Origin: a virus
Virus record (IMG/VR): IMGVR_UViG_3300006099_000022
Strand: one strand, 5' to 3'
DNA length: 45,166 nucleotides
Part shown: in pieces, positions 1-7,206 of the stretch
How the letters are laid out: the number at the start of each line of letters is the position of its first letter
Numbering within the stretch: the stretch's first letter is position 1
The notes under the pieces: generated by a model
What the model saw: only the letters and a program-made list of their open reading frames with translations
What the model was told of the DNA's origin: nothing
The model's database searches: none
Position numbers and translations under genes: made by a program

Positions 1-105
1 CCCACATCTCGCCGACTGTGGAGCTTCCCCACATCTCGCCGACTGTGGAGCTTCCCCACATCTCGCCGACTGTGGAGCTTTCCCGCATCTCGCCGACTGT
101 GGAAG
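1..105. repeat. 27-bp tandem repeat array, unit CCCACATCTCGCCGACTGTGGAGCTTC, cut by the left window edge
   Basis: Units lie at 1-27, 28-54 and 55-81 (last base T), with a degenerate unit at 82-105. The identical unit recurs at the right window edge. There are no spacers. Confidence 0.95.
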
Positions 106-511
106 AATCAAGCAATACTTTTACATCGTTGCAAAGCTTTTTAACCTCACATCTCTTTAATCGGTAATATCCGTTATTAAGCTCGTCTATCTTCCGATCT
201 ACCAGAACATGTACCTTCCACCATTCGCACACCGCCTGCCGGAACATTTTTTCGCATTCTTCGCGATCAAACCAATCTGGAGTAATATCCTGATCTACAA
301 CAAATTTCCAGCCTTCCGGATTCTCCTCTGGACTGACCCACCACTCATCATTTTCTGGAACCAGTTCCGCCCGGACAAAAGTCTTTGTCGCATTGAGATA
401 GCTGTCCTCAATTCCCAGCTCCTCTAAAAGATCGCTATGGCTGTCGTTATCCCCGGGCGCGATCACGACTTTATTTTTGAGGATTATGCCGCTTTTAAAT
501 TGGCAAATGAT
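1..511 (-). CDS. N-terminal part of a 9-aa tandem-repeat protein; the ORF runs off the left edge and continues at the right edge
   Basis: The minus frame is open from about 560 to position 1. It reads IICQFKSGIILKNKVVIAPGDNDSHSDLLEEL...CNDVKVLLDSSTVGEMRESSTVGEMWGSSTVGEMW. No ATG is present. A GGAAGG RBS precedes ATC/ATT at 511/508, and the first GTG is at 466, so the start is uncertain. Confidence 0.6.
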   Translation of the reverse strand, partial: MICQFKSGIILKNKVVIAPGDNDSHSDLLEELGIEDSYLNATKTFVRAELVPENDEWWVSPEENPEGWKFVVDQDITPDWFDREECEKMFRQAVCEWWKVHVLVDRKIDELNNGYYRLKRCEVKKLCNDVKVLLDSSTVGEMRESSTVGEMWGSSTVGEMWGSSTVGEMW

Positions 512-546
512 AACACACCTTCCTTCTGATTTTTTGTAAGGGCCGA

Positions 547-744
547 TTATTCTTTTATGTACACAAACTTACTGTCTCTGTCATAAACCAGCGTAAGCGT
601 GTCGCCGTTGCCGTCTAGCAAAAGCCCTTCGTTTCCATTCATGGTAAGCTCGAGATGATTGCCGGTATAAAACCGCTCGGCGATCCAGCTACGAATCGCA
701 TACTCGGCGATGGTTTTGCAGCCTTTAATGATCAAATTTGTCAC
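547..744 (-). CDS. Hypothetical small early protein
   Basis: A 65-aa ORF in the leftward early operon with no recognisable motif. Confidence 0.5.
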   Translation of the reverse strand: MTNLIIKGCKTIAEYAIRSWIAERFYTGNHLELTMNGNEGLLLDGNGDTLTLVYDRDSKFVYIKE

Positions 745-819
745 CTCCTTAATTGTTTTGTGTTATAATCTCCTTACAGGCCCAACCAGACTAAGTATGC
801 AGAAAGGAGATTTACCATT

Positions 820-1083
820 ATGACAAAATTAGAACAAGAATACATTCAAAATCTTATTTCAGATTTCATCAAAAATAATAATAAAGAAATTGAATCTTTT
901 ATGATTTCTGGTTTTGATGATCTAATGAAGATTGAAGAAATCGCTCCCAAAATGATTATGCGTTCGGTTTCTCTTTCTTCACGTATAGCCGTTCAGCTTG
1001 TGATGGAAATTTTAGCTCAAGCTGGTGTTGTGGCTGTTGATGAAGAACTTCTGAAAAAGATTTCTTTAAAAGTTGTAAAGTAG
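820..1083 (+). CDS. Hypothetical protein on the opposite strand (moron-like)
   Basis: An 87-aa ORF with a GAAAGGAG RBS about 9 nt upstream. A TGTTATAAT extended -10 lies near 760-770. The gene is AT-rich. Confidence 0.55.
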   Translation: MTKLEQEYIQNLISDFIKNNNKEIESFMISGFDDLMKIEEIAPKMIMRSVSLSSRIAVQLVMEILAQAGVVAVDEELLKKISLKVVK

Positions 1084-1258
1084 ATTCTTTCGATTCAAAT
1101 TTTATGGCCAGATAAATCATAACCATTTGCTCTGACATCGCCGCAAGTTCCATCGGTGTGCAGCATTTGGACTGCTCTGCAAGTAGCTGCAACTGCTTGT
1201 GGAGCAGTTTTCTTTCCTCCTGAAAAATAGCATTCAGATCATTCTCTATCGTTCTCCC

Positions 1259-1468
1259 TCACCTCCTTTCCTGTGTTGCGCTATCTTCCAGAAAATACTC
1301 AATCGGCACCCCAAAGTATTTTGCCAACGTCGCCAGCTTGTCCGCTTTCGGCTTGCTACGGCCTGTTTTCCAGTCGGTGAAAGTGGACTTTGTGATACCT
1401 GTGTCCATGGAAACTCTGTAATCTGTTACCCCTTTTTCATTGCGAACTGCGACGTATTTTTCATACAT
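1259..1468 (-). CDS. Cro-like XRE-family HTH regulator, first gene of the leftward early operon
   Basis: The motif TGITKSTFTDWKTGRSKPKADKLATLAKYFGV is a typical XRE HTH. The gene is a paralog of the divergent gene at 1672-2046. Confidence 0.85.
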   Translation of the reverse strand: MYEKYVAVRNEKGVTDYRVSMDTGITKSTFTDWKTGRSKPKADKLATLAKYFGVPIEYFLEDSATQERR

Positions 1469-1486
1469 GAAAAAAAAATTTCCTCC

Positions 1487-1587
1487 TTTCCGAACTTTTC
1501 TATTGCATTTAGTTCGGAAATCAGTTATAATACATTTACCAGATATATTAAAACTAAAAACAAGCGGCTTGTTTTGATTTCCGAACT
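1487..1587. promoter_or_regulatory. Operator family A: TTTCCGAACT in three copies
   Basis: Copies lie at 1487-1496 (direct), 1511-1520 (inverted, making a 10-bp inverted repeat with a 14-bp spacer) and 1578-1587 (direct). Confidence 0.6.
1503..1531 (+). promoter_or_regulatory. Rightward sigma-A-type promoter for the repressor operon
   Basis: The -35 is TTGCAT (1503-1508), the spacer is 17 nt, and the -10 is TATAAT (1526-1531). An operator half-site lies in the spacer. Confidence 0.6.
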
Positions 1588-1597
1588 TTATGCATTT

Positions 1598-1626
1598 ATG
1601 ATAGCACGGATTTCAAAACTTGTCAA
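1598..1626 (-). promoter_or_regulatory. Leftward sigma-A-type promoter for the Cro-like early operon
   Basis: On the minus strand the -35 is TTGACA (1626-1621), the spacer is 17 nt, and TGC-TATCAT forms an extended -10 (1603-1598). Confidence 0.6.
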
Positions 1627-1652
1627 TGGTTTATGTACGGATTTTAAAACTT
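1606..1652. promoter_or_regulatory. Operator family B: ACGGATTTYAAAACTT in two copies
   Basis: The 16-mers lie at 1606-1621 and 1637-1652 and differ by one base. The first lies in the spacer of the leftward promoter. Confidence 0.5.
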
Positions 1653-1671
1653 TTTTTTCGAAGGAGTCATT

Positions 1672-2046
1672 ATGTACGAAATTTATTGCAAGTTAAGGGA
1701 TGAGCATGGGCTTAAAGATGCTGATATTGTTCGGGAAACCGGAATCACAAAATCTACTTTTTCGGATTGGAAAAGTGGAAGAAGCATACCAAAAGATGTA
1801 AAATTAAAAAAGATAGCTGATTTTTTTGGTGTCTCACTGGACTATTTGAGAACAGGCGAAGAAAAAGAAGGTACTCCAAAGTATTACATCAATGAAGAAA
1901 CCGCCGCAATAGCGCAAGACATCTTTGAAAACCGGGAGCTCCGTGTCCTATTTGACGCCGCCAGAGACGCAGAACCGGAGGATTTAACCGCCGTTCACAA
2001 CATGCTCCTAGCCTTAAAACGGAAGGAGAGAGGATATAGTGATTGA
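1672..2046 (+). CDS. CI/ImmR-like XRE-family repressor
   Basis: The N-terminal HTH reads TGITKSTFSDWKSGRSIPKDVKLKKIADFFGV, followed by a C-terminal extension. An AAGGAG RBS is present. The gene is divergent from the Cro-like gene. Confidence 0.85.
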   Translation: MYEIYCKLRDEHGLKDADIVRETGITKSTFSDWKSGRSIPKDVKLKKIADFFGVSLDYLRTGEEKEGTPKYYINEETAAIAQDIFENRELRVLFDAARDAEPEDLTAVHNMLLALKRKERGYSD

Positions 2047-2263
2047 TTATAATCTTCGACTTATAAAATTTCCGTCTGGAAAAGTCCATGAAGCTGTTGT
2101 CGAAAATGAAGATGGAAGCTTTACAATATTTTTAGATAAAAATGCCACCAGGGAATCACAATGGAAAAGATTTCAGCACGTCATGAAGCATTTGGCCGGA
2201 GATGATTTTTTCAAAGATGATGTGCAGGAAATAGAGCTAGAAGCACATGGAGAAACATTATGA
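2039..2263 (+). CDS. Small ImmA/IrrE-like protein with a degenerate metal motif (HVMKH instead of HExxH)
   Basis: A 74-aa ORF overlapping the repressor stop. The pattern DGSFTIFLDKN...FQHVMKHLAGDDF resembles short ImmA-type peptidases that follow XRE repressors. This call rests on recall only. Confidence 0.3.
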   Translation: MIDYNLRLIKFPSGKVHEAVVENEDGSFTIFLDKNATRESQWKRFQHVMKHLAGDDFFKDDVQEIELEAHGETL

Positions 2264-3381
2264 GTATAAAAGGGATCACACAGGAATTATTTGTCGGAAA
2301 GACAAAAGTGAGCATTTTGAACCTCATCGGAAATACTTCTACTCTTGCGTACGCTGATTTAAATAAAATTGAATATGATTTTGCCTCTAAATCAATAATT
2401 GGAAGAATGGTATTTTATAAAAAAACCAATGAAAAAATATTGTTCAAATTCAATTCAAGAGCAAATGACCAGATTTTAAAAATGATTGATTTTTTAGCAA
2501 ACAATGTTCCAGTACTTCCTGTTTTAGAAATTGGAGAAAATACAGGAGCGTCTAACAAACTTTTTAAATGCAATCAATGGGAACCTAAACAGGATATTGG
2601 AAGGTATACTAAGGAAAAGCTTAATGAAGCGAGTGAATTATCACAAATAATAAACTATACAACTGATGAAAAAGAATCTAATTTTGATAGCGTAATTCCG
2701 ACAGAATTAAGAGGAACTCTTGATATTTATTTTGAACAAGCTGCAAGATTTTTAATCAAAAAAGGAAAAGCATCTCCTACAATGCTTCAAAGAGAATATA
2801 AAATGGGATTCAATAGAGCCGCGCGAATGATTGATCAATTGGAACAATTTGGAGTTGTTGGAAAAGAGATAGGAAGATGGCCAAGAAAAATATTAATGTC
2901 TTTAGAGGAATTTGAAATTATAATAAAAGATTTTTGTAATACAGGGCAAAAACACGAAGGCAATATTAGAAATGATATATCAAATAAAGAAGAAATACAA
3001 AACAGAATTAATATGTATAATAACAAATATGACTATATGGAAGGCCATGATTTTGAATATTTCTGCGCTGACTTATTAAAACAAAATGGTTTTTCAAGTG
3101 TAGAGGTTACTTCTGGTAGTGGAGATCAAGGCATAGATATAATAGCCTGCAAAGACGGAGTGAAGTATGGAATCCAGTGTAAATGCTATTCCTCTGATAT
3201 TGGAAACAAAGCAGTGCAAGAAGCGTTTTCTGGTGCTAAATTCTATGACTGCCATGTGCCCGCAGTTTTAACCAACAGATTTTTTACAAAATCAGCAGAA
3301 GAACTTGCCAAAAAAAATAATGTTCTGTTATGGGGCAGAGGTTATTTAGATAAATTAATAGAATCAACAAATAATGTCTGA
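2260..3381 (+). CDS. Fusion protein: unknown N-terminal domain, FtsK-gamma winged-helix domain and Mrr-type PD-(D/E)xK nuclease domain
   Basis: DIYFEQAARFLIKKGKASPTMLQREYKMGFNRAARMIDQLEQFGVVG matches the FtsK gamma consensus. FEYFCADLLKQNGF...SGDQGIDIIACKDGVKYGIQCKCY matches the Mrr_cat core. The start overlaps the upstream stop as ATGA. The gene is AT-rich. Confidence 0.8.
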   Translation: MSIKGITQELFVGKTKVSILNLIGNTSTLAYADLNKIEYDFASKSIIGRMVFYKKTNEKILFKFNSRANDQILKMIDFLANNVPVLPVLEIGENTGASNKLFKCNQWEPKQDIGRYTKEKLNEASELSQIINYTTDEKESNFDSVIPTELRGTLDIYFEQAARFLIKKGKASPTMLQREYKMGFNRAARMIDQLEQFGVVGKEIGRWPRKILMSLEEFEIIIKDFCNTGQKHEGNIRNDISNKEEIQNRINMYNNKYDYMEGHDFEYFCADLLKQNGFSSVEVTSGSGDQGIDIIACKDGVKYGIQCKCYSSDIGNKAVQEAFSGAKFYDCHVPAVLTNRFFTKSAEELAKKNNVLLWGRGYLDKLIESTNNV

Positions 3382-3451
3382 CTCAGCATGTAGCCAGGAA
3401 GGCATAATCTGTTTACCGACTAATCGTCGCTGTTTAACCCTTTGAGAGAGA

Positions 3452-3705
3452 ATGGAAAACAGTTTTTACACATTAAAATATAAGACCTGTCAATGCCCTT
3501 TGTGGCCTACAAAAGTAAAAATAATAGGAAAATACAGACTTAGAGAAGATGGAACCTCATATCTGACATTGACGGAATGTGAACTTGTCAAAAACTTAAA
3601 CTTCCAAGAAAGAAGCAGGATAAAAGGCTTGAATTATTCCGATACTGCAATTATGAGAACTGCCCTTGTTTAAAGGTATTTGATGAAGAAACTAACCCTC
3701 TTTAA
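3452..3705 (+). pseudogene. Small Cys-rich ORF that appears frameshifted
   Basis: The frame from 3452 stops at 3673. A second frame is open across the A-rich run near 3600-3640 and ends ...RYCNYENCPCLKVFDEETNPL at 3705. Confidence 0.3.
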
Positions 3706-3971
3706 CTGTCCTCTGCGTTATAATAAATTCAAAGTCGATTGCCTTGTGTGCTTCCATATGGATTGACTTTGCCAACAACTTTACATATTCCATGTTAGGC
3801 GTATCCTTGTCCAGTTCGTCATGCAAATTACAGGCATCTGTGTAAAGATTCCTTATGAGGCAGACGAAAACGAAACATCCAGAAGGCCGCAAAAGAAGCT
3901 GTGCCGCATTACGCAGGCGGGAAAAGCGGCGCTTTATGAGTGGTGGATGCAAAGATATTCCATAAAAGTTC

Positions 3972-4217
3972 CTATTGCGATATCCATATTTGCAGCCATT
4001 GGAGGATACCGACAAGAACTGGCTTTAGTGATACAAGCAATAGAGATGTTATGGAAACGGCTAACGGCAAGTTAGGGTGTCTATCAATAAAGTCAACGCC
4101 GCCGGGATAACCTTTCCTTTTAAACACCTTATGGATTATGCGAAGTTCTCTTGGACTTTTGGTATTATCCCGCACTTTGCAAAGTTGCAGGTAGTCCATA
4201 TCATCATATTTATTCAT
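3972..4217 (-). CDS. Hypothetical small protein with a hydrophobic C-terminus
   Basis: A GGAGGG RBS lies 5 nt before the ATG. The C-terminal stretch SITSLLLVSLKPVLVGIL is hydrophobic. Confidence 0.45.
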   Translation of the reverse strand: MNKYDDMDYLQLCKVRDNTKSPRELRIIHKVFKRKGYPGGVDFIDRHPNLPLAVSITSLLLVSLKPVLVGILQWLQIWISQ

Positions 4218-4436
4218 AGCTCCCTCCGTTTTCTTTTTATTATACTCTGGAAGCTACAACAAATCCATATACACAAAAACGGCCCCTGCGCCAACAGGAA
4301 CCGTCTTTGATAAATCCCATGAGGGGATACAAATGAAAACTCACTGTTTTATTGTATCATCTTCGGGGCAGCCATGCAAGCAAAAATCAATTTTTGCTGG
4401 CTGTTATTTTTATACCCATTTTTAGGAGGATACACG

Positions 4437-5591
4437 ATGGCAAAAAGAAAAAAACATGCAAAACTCCCGAACGGATACGGCAGCATCCGGTATCTGGGAA
4501 AGGGACGGCGGAACCCTTACGCCGTTCATCCGCCTGCAAAGGAAAATCAGGAGACAGGCGCCTACACCTTGCCGCCGGCGCTCTGCTATGTAAATGACTG
4601 GTATGTGGGCTTCGCCGTGCTGACCGCCTATAGGGCCGGCACGTACAAGCCTGGTATGGAGCGTGATATTGAATCTCTGTCCAGTGGTCAGGATAATGAG
4701 ATCGGTGCAGTTGTACAGAAATTACTATCCGACTACAATCAAAGCATGGGACGGCAGGCGACACGGAGCGAAAAGACTTTCGCAGAAATATATCAAGATT
4801 TCTATGCGGACAAGTATGAATCCGGTAAGAAGTTTTCCGATTCCTCCAAATACGCCACCAAAGCGGCCTTTAAAAACTGCTTGTCTCTCCACGATAAACC
4901 ATTTCGCCTTTTGAAAGCGGCCGACCTGCAGAATGTCCTCGATACATGCGGATTGAAGCACGCCAGCCTTGAGCATATTAAAAATCTGCTTAATCAGATG
5001 TACCGTTACGCCGATGGACAGGGACTTTGTGATAAGCGTTACGATCAATTTATTACAATCAAAACAGATGACGACGATGAACACGGCGTACCTTTTACCG
5101 ATGAGGAGTTAAACAAGCTCTGGGAGCATGTAAAGGATCCGATCGTCGAATCAATTCTGATTCTTTGTTATTCCGGCTGGAGGATCACGGAATTCATAAA
5201 TTTAACGGTAAATTTAGAAGAAAAATATTTTTGCGGAGGTATGAAGACCGCCGCCGGAAAAAATCGGATCGTGCCGATCCACCATGCTATTTTTCCGCTC
5301 GTAAAAAGGCGTATATACCAATATAAGTGCTTGGTGGAAGAATCTCCGGTTGAATACAGAAAATGCTTTACAAAGGCCCTTACGGACCTGAACATGGCTG
5401 GTACTCCCCGGCATACACCGCATGACTGCCGACACACCTTCTCCCGATTGTGTGAAAAGTATGGTGTCAGGGAGAATGACCAAAAGCGGATGCTCGGACA
5501 TGCCTTTTCAGATGTTACCAACAAAGTATATGGACACAGAGATCTGGAGAGCCTGCGGAAAGAACTCGAGAAAATTGTGACAAATGTGTGA
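4437..5591 (+). CDS. int: Tyrosine integrase
   Basis: An AGGAGG RBS precedes the ATG at 4437. The C-terminal catalytic region reads HDCRHTF...MLGHAFSDVTNKVYGHRD, giving the R..HxxR..Y signature. Confidence 0.9.
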   Translation: MAKRKKHAKLPNGYGSIRYLGKGRRNPYAVHPPAKENQETGAYTLPPALCYVNDWYVGFAVLTAYRAGTYKPGMERDIESLSSGQDNEIGAVVQKLLSDYNQSMGRQATRSEKTFAEIYQDFYADKYESGKKFSDSSKYATKAAFKNCLSLHDKPFRLLKAADLQNVLDTCGLKHASLEHIKNLLNQMYRYADGQGLCDKRYDQFITIKTDDDDEHGVPFTDEELNKLWEHVKDPIVESILILCYSGWRITEFINLTVNLEEKYFCGGMKTAAGKNRIVPIHHAIFPLVKRRIYQYKCLVEESPVEYRKCFTKALTDLNMAGTPRHTPHDCRHTFSRLCEKYGVRENDQKRMLGHAFSDVTNKVYGHRDLESLRKELEKIVTNV

Positions 5592-5654
5592 CAAACTGTA
5601 TCGTATTTCAGAGTTTTTTTTATTACAAACAAAGCTTAAATAATATGATGTTTT

Positions 5655-5760
5655 CCTTGTAAATACGTGGTTATTACTCTTTTTACTTTTTAAACAACTG
5701 TTTTTCGATTATTAAGGTTGTCCTAATGCTGGTCAACGAGATTTTCTTTTATTTACAAGG
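5655..5760. promoter_or_regulatory. Candidate attP region with an 11-bp inverted repeat
   Basis: CCTTGTAAATA at 5655-5665 pairs with TATTTACAAGG at 5750-5760. The region lies in an AT-rich non-coding stretch directly downstream of int. Confidence 0.4.
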
Positions 5761-5826
5761 TTTTTTGGAGATCATTGTGACAATCTTGTGAAAAACCACT
5801 TCATACATATTAATATCTTCAGATGT

Positions 5827-5862
5827 GAAAAATGCCTCCCGAAGTAACATCTTTCGGGAGGC
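5827..5862 (-). terminator. Rho-independent terminator of the late operon
   Basis: A 10-bp stem GCCTCCCGAA/TTCGGGAGGC with a 9-nt loop is followed on the minus strand by ATTTTTC. Confidence 0.8.
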
Positions 5863-5878
5863 AAAATCTTTCTTATTC

Positions 5879-6682
5879 TTACACATACCACCGCTCCAGC
5901 GCGCCGGCCCCGCCTGGCTTCTCGTGCCAGCAGGCTCCTTCATACTCGCCGGATTCCTCCAGATAATACCAGTTGCCTGTACCTGTTTCCTGCCCGTTCC
6001 ACTGAATCCAGCCGGTAAGCATGTACCCCGATCGACCAAAGCAGTACCAGTGATGATTGATCTTTTTCCACGCCATCTGCGGATAGCTCCCGTCTGGCTC
6101 CCGGTACCACCAGCCATTTGCATCGTGTACCCAGCCGGCCGGCTCCTCTGCTGCGTAGTCGATATAGCAGAAGCCCTTGACCGTCGAATCATTCCACGGC
6201 CGGGTCTTGATCCTCACCTGGCCGCCGTTCCGATCAGACAGGTTTGCCGAGGTATTCCCCTCCAGGCAGTCAAACCACTGCCGGCCATCTTTCGAATATA
6301 CCCTTACCACACGGCCGGCATGAGAAAAATTAAAGATCACAACCGCCCCCAGCTTTGGTGTCGCGCTTGTCTTTCCAGCCTTTTTAAAGGCATTATACGT
6401 AGCAAAGCAGTTGTATCCGACATATGTACCGCGGGCCATATTCCAGTGCTCCAGCGCCTTTTCCACGCCAAATTCCTGCACCTCTATCCAAAATTGGAAT
6501 GTGCAGCACCACGGCTGGCCCTGGCAACCCATGAGCCCGGCGGCGTTGATATCGCGGGCATATTTTGTATAGTTTCCACTGCCTTTATTGGCTGTCTTTG
6601 AATCCAGCCCTGAAGGGCTAGCCTTTTCGACGTAATTTTCTTCCGCCAGCCCCTTTTCTATTAATCCTTGTAAGCTCCCCAT
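5879..6682 (-). CDS. Endolysin: CHAP-like amidase/peptidase domain plus C-terminal cell-wall-binding repeats
   Basis: The catalytic region contains QPWCCTFQFW (Cys) and VVIFNFSHAGRVV (His). The C-terminus carries GW..DANGWWY / GYMLTGW / NWYYL repeats typical of CW_binding_1. Confidence 0.85.
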   Translation of the reverse strand: MGSLQGLIEKGLAEENYVEKASPSGLDSKTANKGSGNYTKYARDINAAGLMGCQGQPWCCTFQFWIEVQEFGVEKALEHWNMARGTYVGYNCFATYNAFKKAGKTSATPKLGAVVIFNFSHAGRVVRVYSKDGRQWFDCLEGNTSANLSDRNGGQVRIKTRPWNDSTVKGFCYIDYAAEEPAGWVHDANGWWYREPDGSYPQMAWKKINHHWYCFGRSGYMLTGWIQWNGQETGTGNWYYLEESGEYEGACWHEKPGGAGALERWYV

Positions 6683-6686
6683 TTTT

Positions 6687-6785
6687 TTACCTCAATATAT
6701 TTTTTACAGCCGCTCTCCATCTCCGCGGAACTTCCTGTATAACCATCTTTCCCTTTTTTATTCTAAGCGCGTAAAACTCTGCCAT
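6687..6785 (-). CDS. XkdX-like small tail/lysis-region protein (32 aa, below the ORF-track cutoff)
   Basis: The translation is MAEFYALRIKKGKMVIQEVPRRWRAAVKNILR. The start overlaps the upstream stop (TAATG). Confidence 0.5.
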   Translation of the reverse strand: MAEFYALRIKKGKMVIQEVPRRWRAAVKNILR

Positions 6786-7156
6786 TACATTTCACCTCCC
6801 ACGGCCATTTCTGCCAATTCTGTAATTGCATTGTCCTGTACCTCCTGCCCCTGCTCTAAGGCGTCCAGACGCCTCTCCTCGGCGGTTTTCTCACGCAGGC
6901 TATATGTGGTCAGTACACTGCCGTCGGGCTGCACGCGGGACGTTTCCAGCGTTAAAACAAGGTCATGATAGGAGCCGATCGTCAGGCCGGATTTGTTTTC
7001 GATCTGGACTTCTGAAAGATTTTCTTCCGTGAATTGATTCCAGGTAGAGAGCATGTCCTCCTTTGACTCCGAGAGCACTTGGATACTTCCCAGGCTGGCG
7101 CCGGACTCGATCGAGATGGACTCTCCGTTTTTAAAGATTAATCTGTCTTTTTCCAT
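6785..7156 (-). CDS. Hypothetical tail-region protein
   Basis: A 123-aa ORF between the fibre genes and the lysin. An RBS lies upstream. Confidence 0.5.
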   Translation of the reverse strand: MEKDRLIFKNGESISIESGASLGSIQVLSESKEDMLSTWNQFTEENLSEVQIENKSGLTIGSYHDLVLTLETSRVQPDGSVLTTYSLREKTAEERRLDALEQGQEVQDNAITELAEMAVGGEM

Positions 7157-7186
7157 AAATTTTTTCTCCTTTTATTTTAATTTTTG

Positions 7187-7206
7187 CTGCGCTAAATAGT
7201 GATTTA
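7187..7206. repeat. Left arm of a perfect 20-bp inverted repeat (CTGCGCTAAATAGTGATTTA)
   Basis: It is the exact reverse complement of 8644-8663. Both copies are read in frame as ALNSDL. Confidence 0.95.

Noticed and set aside
1-105. The 27-bp repeats might be a CRISPR array or replication iterons
   Set aside because: The units are head-to-tail with no spacers, which rules out CRISPR. They are read in frame as a 9-aa protein repeat continuous with unique coding sequence on both sides. A better iteron cluster lies inside the replication gene at 39207-39301.
209-427. A 72-aa plus-strand ORF
   Set aside because: It lies antisense to the open minus-strand frame of the repeat protein. It has no RBS and its composition is typical of a shadow ORF.
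956-1192. A 78-aa minus-strand ORF
   Set aside because: Its distal half overlaps the more coherent plus-strand gene 820-1083. It is the tail of the post-TGA open frame discussed in the findings and is not an independent gene with an RBS.
3821-4075. A PadR-family regulator
   Set aside because: Only a C-terminal-like motif (KKLCRITQAGKAALYEWW) is present. The upstream part of the frame does not resemble the PadR winged helix. I treat it as a possible remnant only.
5825-6601. A 258-aa plus-strand ORF, and a 147-aa minus ORF at 5749-6192
   Set aside because: Both overlap the endolysin gene, which has clear CHAP and cell-wall-binding motifs. Their translations are Pro/Arg/Ala-rich shadow frames with no RBS.
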